Below, piece by piece: positions 1 through 10,076 of a DNA stretch of 32,000 nucleotides. Both the position numbers and the translations under genes were made by a program. The stretch's first letter is position 1. Every line of letters begins with the position of its first letter. This stretch comes from Delftia acidovorans NBRC 14950 (lineage in GTDB: Bacteria; Pseudomonadota; Gammaproteobacteria; Burkholderiales; Burkholderiaceae_C): contig NZ_BCZP01000001.1 in assembly GCF_001598795.1 (NCBI RefSeq), forward strand, positions 60,001 to 92,000. The letters are read 5' to 3'. The notes below the pieces were generated by a model that saw only the letters and a list, made by a program, of their open reading frames with translations, was not told the origin of the DNA and made no database searches.

Positions 1-275
1 GCGCGCGAGTGCCAGCTGCCGGCGTCCAGCTGGGCGATCTCGCCCATGGACAGGTCGCCACCCGTGCCGTGGCCGTTGGTGGTGCGCTCCAGCGTGGCGT
101 CGTGCATCAGGAACAGCACGCCGTCGGCAGACAGCTTGGCATCGCACTCGAACATGCGATAGCCGTGCGCGGCGCCCAGGCGGAAGGCGGCCATGGTGTT
201 CTCGGGCGCCAGCTTGCCGGCGCCACGGTGGGCCACCCATAGGGGGTAGGGCCAGGATTTCAGGTTCGCGGTCAT
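1..275 (-). CDS. ugpQ: glycerophosphodiester phosphodiesterase, N-terminal part (gene runs off the left edge)
   Basis: Absent from the ORF track because there is no stop in the window. The reverse complement from the ATG at 273-275 reads MTANLKSWPYPLWVAHRGAGKLAPENTMAAFRLGAAHGYRMFECDAKLSADGVLFLMHDATLERTTNGHG... This carries the GDPD-family HRG..APENT and E.D..DG...HD..L.RTT signatures. It lies directly downstream of ugpC on the same strand. Confidence 0.8.
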   Translation of the reverse strand, partial: MTANLKSWPYPLWVAHRGAGKLAPENTMAAFRLGAAHGYRMFECDAKLSADGVLFLMHDATLERTTNGHGTGGDLSMGEIAQLDAGSWHSR

Positions 276-308
276 GGCGAGTCCGTCAAAAGAAGGGAGT
301 TTGGATGG

Positions 309-334
309 AAAAAGAGAGCCTCTGGGGCTCTCTT
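309..334 (-). terminator. intrinsic terminator/attenuator-like hairpin between ugpC and ugpQ
   Basis: Minus strand reads AAGAGAGCC-ccaga-GGCTCTCTT followed by TTT. That is a 9-bp stem, a 5-nt loop and a run of 5 U counting the stem end. It sits between the ugpC stop (366) and the ugpQ start (275). Confidence 0.45.
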
Positions 335-365
335 GGAAAAGGTCGGAGAGCCGGCCTTCAGGGGA

Positions 366-1376
<1,011 letters not shown>

Positions 1377-1465
1377 ACGAAGATTCTGGTTGAGTCGCAG
1401 AGCGAAGGGCGCTGGCGCTTGCTCTGCGGGGTTCTATACGGTGGGTTGGGGCGGCGGCGGGCGGT

Positions 1466-2314
1466 TTACTTTTCGGTGTCCACCAGGCCCTTGACGAACC
1501 AGCGCTGCATCAGGATCACCACGGCAGCGGGCGGCAGCATGGCCAGCAGGGCCGTCGCCATCACCACGTTCCAGTCGTTGCCGGTATCGCCGCTGGCCAC
1601 CATGCGCTTGATGCCGATGACCACGGGGTACATGTCTTCCGAGGTGGTCACGAGCAGCGGCCACAGGTACTGGTTCCAGCCGTAGATGAACTGGATCACG
1701 AACAGCGCCGCGATCGAGGTCTTGGACAGCGGCACCAGCACATCCTTGAAGAAGCGCATGGGGCCTGCGCCGTCGATGCGGGCGGCCTCCACCAGCTCGT
1801 CCGGCACCGTCAGGAAGAACTGGCGGAACAGGAAGGTGGCCGTGGCCGAGGCGATCAGCGGAATCGTCAGGCCGGCGTAGCTGTTGAGCATGCCCAGCGT
1901 GGAGACGACTTCGTAGGTGGGGCCGATGCGCACTTCCACGGGCAGCATCAGGGTCACGAAGATCAGCCAGAAGCAGATCTTCTTGAACGGGAAGCGGAAG
2001 TACACCAGCGCGAAGGCCGACAGCAGCGAGATCGCGATCTTGCCCACGGTGATCACCATGGCCGAGACGAAGCTGATCCACATCATGCGTGCCACGGGCG
2101 CGCTGGAGCCGGGGCCCGAGCCACCGAACAGCGCGGCCTTGTAGGTTTCCCAGAAGTTGCTGCCGGGCACCAGGGGCATGGGCACCTGGATGATGTCCTG
2201 CGGCGTGTGCGTGGAGGCCACGAAGGCCAGGTACAGCGGAAAGCCGACGATGATCACGCCCAGCACCATGATCAGGTGCGAGAAAAAGGAGAGAAGGGGA
2301 CTGCGTTCAACCAT
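1466..2314 (-). CDS. ugpE: sn-glycerol-3-phosphate ABC transporter permease
   Basis: 282-aa polytopic ORF with a binding-protein-dependent transport EAA-type loop (VEAARIDGAGPMRFFKDVLVPL). Its start lies 2 nt after the ugpA stop. Confidence 0.9.
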   Translation of the reverse strand: MVERSPLLSFFSHLIMVLGVIIVGFPLYLAFVASTHTPQDIIQVPMPLVPGSNFWETYKAALFGGSGPGSSAPVARMMWISFVSAMVITVGKIAISLLSAFALVYFRFPFKKICFWLIFVTLMLPVEVRIGPTYEVVSTLGMLNSYAGLTIPLIASATATFLFRQFFLTVPDELVEAARIDGAGPMRFFKDVLVPLSKTSIAALFVIQFIYGWNQYLWPLLVTTSEDMYPVVIGIKRMVASGDTGNDWNVVMATALLAMLPPAAVVILMQRWFVKGLVDTEK

Positions 2315-2316
2315 GA

Positions 2317-3198
2317 TCAGTACTGCACTTTCTTCTCAACATAGCGGAACTGGATCACGGTCAGTGCAACCACGATCACCATCAGAACGACCGACTGCGC
2401 GGCCGAGCCGCTCATGTCCATGGCCTTGAAGCCGTCGTGATAGACCTTGTAGACCAGGATGGAGGTGTCCTGTCCCGGACCGCCCTGGGTCGTGGCGTCC
2501 ACGATGCCGAAGGTGTCGAAGAATGCGTAGACCACGTTCATCACCAGCAGGAAGAAGGTGGTGGGCGACAGCAGCGGGAACTGGATGTCCCAGAAGCGGC
2601 GCATGGGGCCCGCGCCGTCGATGGCGGCGGCCTCGATCAGCGACTTGGGGATGGACTGCAGGCCCGCAAGGAAGAACAGGAAGTTGTAGGAAATCTGCTT
2701 CCAGATCGCGGCGATGACGATCAGCGTCATGGCATTGCCGGAGTTCAGCAGGTGGTTCCAGTCATAGCCGATCATGCGCAGCGCATAGGCCACGACGCCG
2801 ATGGACGGCGAGAACATGAACACCCACAGCACACCCGCCACGGCGGGCGCAACGGCATAGGGCAGCAGCAAGGCGGTCTTGTAGGCAAGCGCGCCCTTGA
2901 TCACGCGGTCCGCAAAAATGGCCAGCATCAGCGACAGCGCAATGCCGAACACCGCCACCAGCACGGAAAAGATGGCCGTGGTCTTGAACGAGGCCAGGTA
3001 GGCAGGGTCATCCAGCAGGTGCTGGAAGTTGGCAAACCCCACCCATTCGGTGGAGAAGCCAAACGTATCCTGCGCCTGGAACGACTGCACGATGGCCTGG
3101 CCTGCAGGCCAGAAAAAGAAGACCAGCACGATGACCATCTGTGGTGCTATCAGCAACCACGGCAGCCAGGCGGATCGAAAAAGAACGCGTTTTTCCAT
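2317..3198 (-). CDS. ugpA: sn-glycerol-3-phosphate ABC transporter permease
   Basis: ORF 2317..3312 trimmed to the internal ATG at 3198 (MEKRVLFRSAWLPWLLIAPQ...). The 38 upstream codons cover the terminator-like hairpin and do not look like protein. EAA loop is EAAAIDGAGPMRRFWDIQFPLL. Confidence 0.9.
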   Translation of the reverse strand: MEKRVLFRSAWLPWLLIAPQMVIVLVFFFWPAGQAIVQSFQAQDTFGFSTEWVGFANFQHLLDDPAYLASFKTTAIFSVLVAVFGIALSLMLAIFADRVIKGALAYKTALLLPYAVAPAVAGVLWVFMFSPSIGVVAYALRMIGYDWNHLLNSGNAMTLIVIAAIWKQISYNFLFFLAGLQSIPKSLIEAAAIDGAGPMRRFWDIQFPLLSPTTFFLLVMNVVYAFFDTFGIVDATTQGGPGQDTSILVYKVYHDGFKAMDMSGSAAQSVVLMVIVVALTVIQFRYVEKKVQY

Positions 3199-3210
3199 GA
3201 CGGAACTCGG

Positions 3211-3262
3211 TAGAACAAAACAGCCCGCAAACCGGATGGCCGTGGGGCCGCCGGTTGCGGGC
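3211..3262 (-). terminator. intra-operon hairpin plus U-rich tract after ugpB (attenuator/mRNA-stabilising element)
   Basis: Minus strand reads GCCCGCAACCGG...CCGGTTTGCGGGC, a 12 bp stem with one bulge. An inner GGCC/GGCC extension adds to it, and TGTTTTGTTCT follows. It lies in the 123-bp gap between the ugpB stop and the ugpA start. Confidence 0.45.
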
Positions 3263-3321
3263 CTGTGATGCACGGTGCGGGCTGCCTGCGCAGCGGCCAC
3301 ACCGCAGATCACATGGGAGGA

Positions 3322-4626
3322 TTACTTGTTGGCCCGGGCGAAGCGGCCCAGTTGCTCGTTGCCACGGGTGACAGCGGTGTCCAGGGCTTGCTGGGGAGTC
3401 TTCTTGCCAGTCCAGATCTGTTCGGTTTCCTCATCGATGATGGTGCGGATCTGAACGAAGTTGCCCAGACGGATGCCGCGCGACTTGTCGGTGGTCTTGC
3501 GGATCATCTGCGTCACAGCGGTGTCGGTGCCGGGATGCTTTTCGTAGAAGCCCGAAGCCTCGGTCAGCTTGTACGCAGCGGTGGTCACGGGCAGGTAGCC
3601 GGTGCGCTGGTGGCTGGCGGACTGGATCTTGGTGTTGTTCAGGAAGTTGAAGAAGTCAGCCACGCCCTTGTAGCGTTCGGCGCTCTTGCCGGCCATCACC
3701 CACAGGGAGGCACCGCCGATGGCCGTGTTCTGGGGCGCGCCCTTCACATCGGCGTAGTAGGGCAGTTGCGACTGGCCGAAGGCGAACTTGCCTTCCTTGA
3801 CCACGCGGGCATACAGGCCGGAGGAGCCCGTGATCATCGCGCACTCGCCGGAAGCGAAGGCGGCGTCAGGCACGTTGCCGCGGCCCTTGTAGACGAAGCT
3901 GCCATCCTTGGCGGCCTTGGCCAGGTTCTCGAAGTGCTTGACGTGCAGCGGCGAGTTGAACACCAGCTTGGCATCGGTGCCGTCAAAGCCGTTGTTCTTG
4001 GTCGCGTACAGGGTGTTGTGCCACAGCGAGAAGCTCTCCAGCTGGGTCCAGCTCATCCAGCTCGTGGTCAGTGCGCAGCGGTGGCCCGAGGCCTTGAGCT
4101 TTTCGGCGGCGGCGAACACTTCGGGCCAGGTCTTGGGCGGCTTGTTCTCGTCCAGGCCTGCCTTCTTGAAGGCGTCCTTGTTGTAGTAGAAGATGGTGGT
4201 CGAGCTGTTGAGCGGGTAGCTCATCATCTGGCCGTTGGGGGCGGTGTAGTAGCCGGCCACGGCGGAGATGTACTCGCCCTGGTCGAACTTGAAGCCGCCG
4301 TCGTTCATGATCTTGGTGACGGGCACCACGGCGCCCTTGGAGGCCATCATGGTGGCCGTGCCCACTTCGAAGACCTGCAGGATGTCAGGCGCGTTGCCGG
4401 CGCGGAACGCGGCGATGGCGGCCGTCATCGACTCGTCATACTGGCCCTTGTACGTCGGCACGATCTTGTACTGGGTCTGGCTGGCGTTGTACTCCTTGGC
4501 CAGGTCGTTCACCCAGTCGCCCAGGGCTGCGCTCATCGAGTGCCACCACTGGATTTCGGTTTGGGCTTGTGCCGAGATGGTGGTGGCCGCGATCGCGGCT
4601 GCCATGGCCAGTTGCTTCAGTTGCAT
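3322..4626 (-). CDS. ugpB: periplasmic sn-glycerol-3-phosphate-binding protein
   Basis: 434-aa ORF with signal peptide MQLKQLAMAAAIAATTISAQA. The mature N-terminus (TEIQWWHSMSAALGDWVNDLAKEYN...) is typical of UgpB-type family-1 solute-binding proteins. It is the first gene of the operon. Confidence 0.93.
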   Translation of the reverse strand: MQLKQLAMAAAIAATTISAQAQTEIQWWHSMSAALGDWVNDLAKEYNASQTQYKIVPTYKGQYDESMTAAIAAFRAGNAPDILQVFEVGTATMMASKGAVVPVTKIMNDGGFKFDQGEYISAVAGYYTAPNGQMMSYPLNSSTTIFYYNKDAFKKAGLDENKPPKTWPEVFAAAEKLKASGHRCALTTSWMSWTQLESFSLWHNTLYATKNNGFDGTDAKLVFNSPLHVKHFENLAKAAKDGSFVYKGRGNVPDAAFASGECAMITGSSGLYARVVKEGKFAFGQSQLPYYADVKGAPQNTAIGGASLWVMAGKSAERYKGVADFFNFLNNTKIQSASHQRTGYLPVTTAAYKLTEASGFYEKHPGTDTAVTQMIRKTTDKSRGIRLGNFVQIRTIIDEETEQIWTGKKTPQQALDTAVTRGNEQLGRFARANK

Positions 4627-4682
4627 GAGGACTCCTCTAGTTCGGTGACGGTTTCAGACCGCTGCCACGGTAAGGCAGGGGC

Positions 4683-4700
4683 ATGACATGTCTGTGTCAT
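4683..4700. promoter_or_regulatory. inverted repeat ATGACA-N6-TGTCAT about 60-75 bp upstream of the ugpB start
   Basis: Sequence ATGACAtgtctgTGTCAT has perfect 6-bp arms. It shares the TGTCA/TGACA half-sites of the upstream cluster at 4758-4787. Confidence 0.3.
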
Positions 4701-4757
4701 TGTTTTCGGATGCTTCGTACCGCACTACAGGCCAAACCCGGTGAGCCGCTGGTCCCG

Positions 4758-4787
4758 TATGTCAGTCGTGTGACAAAAAATGACACG
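4758..4787 (-). promoter_or_regulatory. Pho-box-like TGTCA repeat cluster upstream of ugpB
   Basis: Minus strand reads CGTGTCATTTTTTGTCACACGACTGACATA, three TGTCA/TGACA units at 10- and 11-bp spacing. It resembles, imperfectly, the PhoB consensus CTGTCATA(A/T)A(T/A)CTGTCA(C/T). ugp is a classical Pho-regulon operon in E. coli. Confidence 0.3.
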
Positions 4788-4844
4788 CGAAGCGGCGCTA
4801 TTTTAGGTCAATACCATTTCGTTTCAAAAGCCGGGTTGTTCGTA

Positions 4845-4873
4845 TTGGCTCGTTTGTGCTCTTTCTGTATAAG
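4845..4873 (+). promoter_or_regulatory. candidate sigma70 promoter for the DUF3683 oxidoreductase gene
   Basis: TTGGCT (4845-4850), 17-nt spacer, TATAAG (4868-4873). It lies in the only AT-rich part of the 420-bp divergent intergenic region and would give a leader of about 170 nt. Confidence 0.3.
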
Positions 4874-5046
4874 ACACCTTCACCGGGCTCCGCAAGATCC
4901 CGCCACGTTGGCGAGGGCTGGCTTCGCGGGCCAAGACGGCGCGCCGTCCAGAGCCCCGTGGGAAGCGCATCCTCGGGGCGCTCGCTTAAAATTGCGCTCC
5001 CACTTGGCTTAGCGGCGCCCCGAGAGCGCCAGACACGGTCTACCCC

Positions 5047-8000
5047 ATGAATGTACCGATTGCGTTGGCAGCCCTGCAGGCACAGGCTGCCGAACCTGCA
5101 CGTCTGCGAGAGATTCCCTACAACTACACCTCGTTTTCCGATCGCGAGATCGTGATCCGCCTGCTGGGCACGTCCATGTGGGATGTGCTCAACCAGCTGC
5201 GCCAGGAGCGGCGCACGGGCCGCTCCGCCCGCATGCTCTATGAGGTGCTGGGGGACATCTGGGTCGTTCAGCGCAATCCCTACCTGCAGGATGACCTGCT
5301 GCACAGTCCCGACCGCCGCAAGTCGCTGGTGGAGGCCCTGGAGCACCGCCTGGGCGAGATCGACAAGCGCCGTGCTCCGCAGCAGGACCCCGTGCGCGAT
5401 GCGCTGGTGGGCCAGCTGGTGGATGCGGCGCGCCGCGCCGTGCATGAGTTCAACGCCACCTTCGTCGAGGCCGAGCAACTGCGCCGCCGGGTGCAAAAGA
5501 GCCTGGGCCGCCACACGGCCAAGGACAACATCAAGTTCGACGGCCTGTCGCGCGTGGCCCATGTGACGGATGCCACCGACTGGCGCGTCGAATACCCCTT
5601 CGTCGTGCTCACACCCGATACCGAAGCCGAGATGGCTGCCCTGGTGCGTGCCTGTATCGAGCTGCGCCTGACCATCATTCCGCGCGGCGGCGGCACGGGC
5701 TACACGGGCGGTGCGATCCCGCTGACCTGGCGCAGCGTGGTGATCAACACCGAAAAGCTCGAAGCCATGACCGAGGTGGAGATGCGCCGCATTCCCGGCG
5801 TGGACCATGAGGTGCCCACCATCTTCACCGAAGCCGGCGTGGTCACGCAGCGCGTGGCCGATGCGGCCGAGCGCGCGGGCTTCGTCTTCGCCGTGGACCC
5901 CACATCGGCCGAGGCCTCATGCATCGGCGGCAACGTCGCCATGAATGCGGGCGGCAAGAAGGCCGTGCTCTGGGGCACGGCGCTGGACAACCTGGTGTCC
6001 TGGCGCATGGTGACGCCCGATGCGCAGTGGCTGGAAGTCACGCGCGTGGGCCACAACCTTGGCAAGATCCATGACGCCGAGATGGCCAGCTTCGAACTGC
6101 AGTACTTCGAGGCAGACGGCAAGACCCCCATCCGCAGCGAGCGCCTGGACATTCCCGGCCAGAAATTCCGCAAGGAAGGCCTGGGCAAGGACGTGACCGA
6201 CAAGTTTCTGTCGGGCCTGCCCGGCATCCAGAAGGAAGGCTGCGACGGCCTGATCACCAGCGCGCGCTGGGTGGTGCACCGCATGCCCGAGCACACGCGC
6301 ACGGTCTGCATGGAGTTCTTCGGCAACGCCAAGGACGCCGTGCCCAGCATCGTCGAGATCAAGGACTTCATGTTCGCCGAGCAAAAGCGCTCGGGCGTGC
6401 TGCTGGCCGGCCTGGAACACCTGGACGACCGCTACCTGAAGGCCGTGGGCTACGCCACCAAGAGCAAGAAGGGCAATGGCCATCTGCCCAAGATGGTGCT
6501 GCTGGGCGACATTGCCGGCGACAACGCCGACGATGTGGCCCGCGTGGCCGCCGAGGTGGTGCGCATTGCCAACTCGCGCAACGGCGAAGGCTTCACGGCC
6601 GTCAGCGCCGAGGCGCGCAAGAAATTCTGGCTGGACCGCAAGCGCACGGCCGCCATCTCGCGCCACACCAACGCCTTCAAGATCAACGAAGACGTGGTGA
6701 TCCCGCTGCCCCGCATGTGGGAGTACACGGATGGCATCGAGCGCATCAACATCGAACTGTCGCTGCGCAACAAGCTCAAGCTGTGCGACGCGTTGTCGGA
6801 CTTCTTCCAGCACGGCGACCTGCCGCTGGGCAAGCAGGACGATGCGGGCGACATCCCCTCGGCCGAGCTGCTGGAGGACCGCGTGCAGCAGGCCCTGGCC
6901 CTGGTGGCCGACGTGCGCACGCTGTGGCAGGGCTGGCTGGACGATGTCGAGAACCTCTTCCCGCAGCTGCAGGACCACACGCTGCGCGCCAGCTGGAAGA
7001 CCCAGCTGAAGGCGCCCATGGCCCAGATCTTCGCGGGCGCGGCCTTCCAGCCGCTGCTGGCCGAAGTCAACGCCATCCACCAGCGCGTGCTCAAGGGCCG
7101 TGTCTGGGTGGCGCTGCACATGCACGCCGGCGACGGCAACGTGCACACCAACATTCCGGTCAACAGCGACGACTACGAGATGCTGCAGACCGCCCATGAG
7201 GCCGTGGCGCGCATCATGGTGCTGGCGCGCCATCTGGACGGCGTGATCTCGGGCGAGCACGGCATCGGCATCACCAAGCTGGAATTCCTCAGCGACGACG
7301 AGCTGGCGCCCTTTGCCGCCTACAAGCAGCGCGTGGACCCCGAAGGCCGCTTCAACAAGGGCAAGCTGATCCGCAACGAGAAGCTGCAGGCCGTGGTGGG
7401 CCAGAGCCATGACGGCCGCTCGCCGCGCGAATCGCTGATGTTCGCCGACCTGACCAACGCCTACACGCCCAGCTTCGGCCTGATGGGGCACGAGTCGCTG
7501 ATCATGCAGCAGAGCGACATCGGCGCCATCGCCGACTCGGTCAAGGACTGCCTGCGCTGCGGCAAGTGCAAGCCCGTGTGCGCCACCCACGTGCCGCGCG
7601 CCAACCTGCTGTACAGCCCGCGCAACAAGATCCTGGCGACCTCGCTGCTGGTCGAGGCCTTCCTCTACGAGGAGCAGACGCGCCGCGGCGTGTCGCTGCG
7701 CCACTGGCAGGAGTTCGAGGACGTGTCGGACCACTGCACGGTCTGCCACAAGTGCTTCAACCCCTGCCCGGTGAAGATCGACTTCGGCGACGTGACCATG
7801 AACATGCGCAACCTGCTGCGCAAGATGGACAAGAAGAGCTTCAGGCCTGGCAACAAGCTGGCCATGGCCATGCTCAACGCCACCAATCCGGACACCATCA
7901 AGTTCATGCGCTCGGCCATGGTCGGCGTGGGCTTCAAGGCCCAGCGCCTGGCCTCCGACGTGCTGCACAGCCTGGCCAAGAAGCAGACCCAGCGTCCGCC

Positions 8001-8961
8001 CGCCTCGGTGGGGCGCGCTCCCCTCAAGGAACAGGTGATCCACTTCGTCAACAAGAAGCTGCCCGGCGGCCTGCCCAACAAGACGGCGCGCGCCCTGCTG
8101 GACATCGAGGACAAGGACTACGTGCCCATCATCCGCAGCCCGCAGACCACGAGCGCGGACACCGAGGCGGTGTTCTACTTCCCCGGCTGCGGCTCCGAGC
8201 GCCTGTTCAGCCAGGTGGGCCTGGCCACGCAGGCCATGCTGTGGCATGCCGGCGTGCAGACCGTGCTGCCACCCGGCTACCTGTGCTGCGGCTATCCCCA
8301 GCGCGGCAGCGGCCAGTTCGACAAGGCCGAGAAGATGATCACGGACAACCGTGTGCTCTTCCACCGCGTCGCCACCACGCTCAACTACCTGGACATCAAG
8401 ACCGTGGTGGTCAGCTGCGGCACCTGCTACGACCAGTTGCAGGGCTACGAGTTCGGCAAGATCTTCCCGGGCAGCCGCATCATCGACATCCACGAATACC
8501 TGCTGGAAAAGGGCGTGACGCTGCAGGGCAAGGAGGGCTACCTCTACCACGACCCCTGCCACTCGCCCATGAAGCTGCAGGACCCGATGAAGACCGTCAA
8601 GGCGCTGGTGGGTGAGGGCGTGGTCAAGAGCGAGCGCTGCTGCGGCGAATCGGGCACGCTGGGCGTCACGCGCCCCGACATCTCCACGCAGATCCGCTTC
8701 CGCAAGGAAGAGGAACTCAAGAAGGGCGAGGCCGCGCTGCGCGCTAGCGGCGCCCTGGCCGAGAAGGACAACGTGAAGATCCTCACCAGCTGCCCCAGCT
8801 GCCTGCAGGGCCTGTCGCGCTACGGTGGCGATATGAACAACGGCCTGCTGGAAGCCGACTACATCGTGGTCGAGATGGCGCGCCAGATCCTGGGCGAGAA
8901 CTGGATGGCCGAGTACGTGCAGCGCGCCAACGCCGGCGGCATCGAACGGGTTCTGGTCTGA
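5047..8961 (+). CDS. DUF3683-domain FAD-linked oxidase fused to an Fe-S / CCG-domain oxidoreductase (GlcD-GlcF-like fusion, YdiJ-like)
   Basis: 1304-aa ORF. The N-terminus ([21 protein letters not shown]) is as I recall it for DUF3683. An FAD PCMH-type region follows ([16 protein letters not shown]...NAGG). There are two ferredoxin-type Cys clusters, [11 protein letters not shown] and [12 protein letters not shown]. Two CCG cysteine-rich motifs are present, YLCCGYP and ERCCGESG. Confidence 0.9.
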   Translation: MNVPIALAALQAQAAEPARLREIPYNYTSFSDREIVIRLLGTSMWDVLNQLRQERRTGRSARMLYEVLGDIWVVQRNPYLQDDLLHSPDRRKSLVEALEHRLGEIDKRRAPQQDPVRDALVGQLVDAARRAVHEFNATFVEAEQLRRRVQKSLGRHTAKDNIKFDGLSRVAHVTDATDWRVEYPFVVLTPDTEAEMAALVRACIELRLTIIPRGGGTGYTGGAIPLTWRSVVINTEKLEAMTEVEMRRIPGVDHEVPTIFTEAGVVTQRVADAAERAGFVFAVDPTSAEASCIGGNVAMNAGGKKAVLWGTALDNLVSWRMVTPDAQWLEVTRVGHNLGKIHDAEMASFELQYFEADGKTPIRSERLDIPGQKFRKEGLGKDVTDKFLSGLPGIQKEGCDGLITSARWVVHRMPEHTRTVCMEFFGNAKDAVPSIVEIKDFMFAEQKRSGVLLAGLEHLDDRYLKAVGYATKSKKGNGHLPKMVLLGDIAGDNADDVARVAAEVVRIANSRNGEGFTAVSAEARKKFWLDRKRTAAISRHTNAFKINEDVVIPLPRMWEYTDGIERINIELSLRNKLKLCDALSDFFQHGDLPLGKQDDAGDIPSAELLEDRVQQALALVADVRTLWQGWLDDVENLFPQLQDHTLRASWKTQLKAPMAQIFAGAAFQPLLAEVNAIHQRVLKGRVWVALHMHAGDGNVHTNIPVNSDDYEMLQTAHEAVARIMVLARHLDGVISGEHGIGITKLEFLSDDELAPFAAYKQRVDPEGRFNKGKLIRNEKLQAVVGQSHDGRSPRESLMFADLTNAYTPSFGLMGHESLIMQQSDIGAIADSVKDCLRCGKCKPVCATHVPRANLLYSPRNKILATSLLVEAFLYEEQTRRGVSLRHWQEFEDVSDHCTVCHKCFNPCPVKIDFGDVTMNMRNLLRKMDKKSFRPGNKLAMAMLNATNPDTIKFMRSAMVGVGFKAQRLASDVLHSLAKKQTQRPPASVGRAPLKEQVIHFVNKKLPGGLPNKTARALLDIEDKDYVPIIRSPQTTSADTEAVFYFPGCGSERLFSQVGLATQAMLWHAGVQTVLPPGYLCCGYPQRGSGQFDKAEKMITDNRVLFHRVATTLNYLDIKTVVVSCGTCYDQLQGYEFGKIFPGSRIIDIHEYLLEKGVTLQGKEGYLYHDPCHSPMKLQDPMKTVKALVGEGVVKSERCCGESGTLGVTRPDISTQIRFRKEEELKKGEAALRASGALAEKDNVKILTSCPSCLQGLSRYGGDMNNGLLEADYIVVEMARQILGENWMAEYVQRANAGGIERVLV

Positions 8962-9416
8962 TGGCTGTTCCCGCTTCCTGCACCCTGTGCGCCACAGAAG
9001 GCGGCGTGCCCGTCTGGCGCGGCCGGCGCCTGCGTGTGATTCGCGCGCAGGAAGAGGGCTTCCCGGCCTTCTACCGCGTGGTCTGGAATGCGCATGCGGC
9101 CGAGTTCTCCGACCTGGACGCCGCCGACCGCCAGCACTGCATGGATGCCGTGGTCGTGGTCGAGCGCATCTTGCGTGAGCGCCTTGCGCCGGCCAAGATC
9201 AACCTGGCGGCACTGGGCAATATGGTGCCGCACCTGCACTGGCATGTGATTGCGCGCTTTGACTGGGACAGCCATTTCCCGGGCGCGGTCTGGGCCCCGG
9301 CCCAGCGCCCGCGCAATGGCGAGCGCGAGGCCGAGGTGGCAGCGCGCTTGCCAGCCATAGACACGGCGCTGGTCCAGGCACTCGATGCCTGGCAGCAGCA
9401 CCCCGCCACTGAATGA
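8961..9416 (+). CDS. HIT (histidine triad) family protein
   Basis: 151-aa ORF with histidine triad HLHWHVIARF and an N-terminal CTLC motif. Its ATG overlaps the upstream stop (TGATG), implying translational coupling. Confidence 0.85.
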   Translation: MAVPASCTLCATEGGVPVWRGRRLRVIRAQEEGFPAFYRVVWNAHAAEFSDLDAADRQHCMDAVVVVERILRERLAPAKINLAALGNMVPHLHWHVIARFDWDSHFPGAVWAPAQRPRNGEREAEVAARLPAIDTALVQALDAWQQHPATE

Positions 9417-9426
9417 GGAGCACCGC

Positions 9427-9849
9427 ATGGCCGGCCTGACCCCTGACACCCCAACCCCCGAAGCCCTGACCGTGCACGGCGCATCGCGCGTGCTGGAAGT
9501 CGCCTACTCCGACGGCGCAAGCTTTCGCATCCCCTTCGAGCTGCTGCGCGTGTACTCGCCCTCGGCCGAAGTCCAGGGCCACGGCCCGGGCCAGGAAGTG
9601 CTGCAGACGGGCAAGCGCGAGGTGTCCATCACGGCCATCGAGCCCGTGGGCAACTACGCCATCAAGCCCTTCTTCAGCGACGGGCATGAAAGCGGCCTGT
9701 ACACCTGGGAATACCTCTACGAACTGGGCCGCCGCCAGGACGAGTTCTGGGTGCAGTACCTGGACCGGCTGCAGGAGTCCGGCATGGATCGCGACACGCC
9801 CATGCCCGGCAAGGCCAGCGGCGGCGGACACGGCTGCGGCAGCCACTGA
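9427..9849 (+). CDS. DUF971 (gamma-butyrobetaine-hydroxylase-N-terminal-like) domain protein
   Basis: ORF 9385..9849 trimmed to the ATG at 9427, preceded by GAGGAG. Sequence LEVAYSDGASFRIPFELLRVYSPSAEV...IEPVGNYAIKPFFSDGHESGLYTWEYLYELG matches the DUF971 pattern. Confidence 0.8.
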   Translation: MAGLTPDTPTPEALTVHGASRVLEVAYSDGASFRIPFELLRVYSPSAEVQGHGPGQEVLQTGKREVSITAIEPVGNYAIKPFFSDGHESGLYTWEYLYELGRRQDEFWVQYLDRLQESGMDRDTPMPGKASGGGHGCGSH

Positions 9850-10076
9850 CGCCGCGCACGGGTGCGCGCTGTATGGCGCCGTTCCCCTCGCACCACATTC
9901 CGGACCTCTGTACGGCACAGGGTTATTGGGGGTGGTGCTATATTTAAAATAGCTTGAAAGTCTTTGTTTGAAGGCGTTTCAAGCTGTTTGTTCTTGATAA
10001 CCCTTGCCCGGCAAAGCCCGTGGCCACACGGGGTTGTCGCTGTACGCATTACTACTGCTTGCTTAGCATCGTTGTT

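Noticed and set aside
2317-3312. N-terminally extended ORF-track versions of real genes: ugpA 2317..3312, ubiE 10020.., ubiB 12405.., aspS 19645.., EamA 24633.., DUF429-like 25208.., hydrolase 26662.., AraC 28007.., TctC 29253.., surface protein 15867...
   Set aside because: The extensions overlap upstream genes, terminators or spacers, lack an RBS and have non-protein-like composition. Internal starts with Shine-Dalgarno sequences and family-typical N-termini were chosen instead.
4683-5012. A 109-aa ORF lies in the ugpB/oxidoreductase intergenic region, alongside the overlapping 4798..5808 minus ORF.
   Set aside because: There is no RBS and the composition is Cys/Arg-rich and unlike the neighbouring genes. 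It spans the AT-rich promoter-like tract and the palindromes, and is better explained as regulatory DNA.
5917-8562. An 881-aa ORF lies antisense to the DUF3683 oxidoreductase gene. Similar long antisense or out-of-frame ORFs occur at 333..1685 +, 3265..4686 +, 9717..10790 -, 10871..11980 -, 12201..14207 -, 14152..15600 -, 19816..22413 -, 25448..27274 -, 27848..29362 - and 30103..31806 +.
   Set aside because: These are shadow ORFs typical of high-GC DNA, where stop codons are rare on the antisense strand. Their translations are dominated by Ala/Arg/Gly/His/Gln/Val runs with no recognisable motifs. The opposite strand in every case encodes a protein with strong family signatures and a proper RBS and start.
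9856-9875. GC-rich inverted repeat CGCGCAC-gg-GTGCGCG just after the DUF971 stop as a terminator.
   Set aside because: The loop is too small and no U-rich tract follows. The AT-rich hairpin at 9951-9985 is a better, though still weak, candidate.
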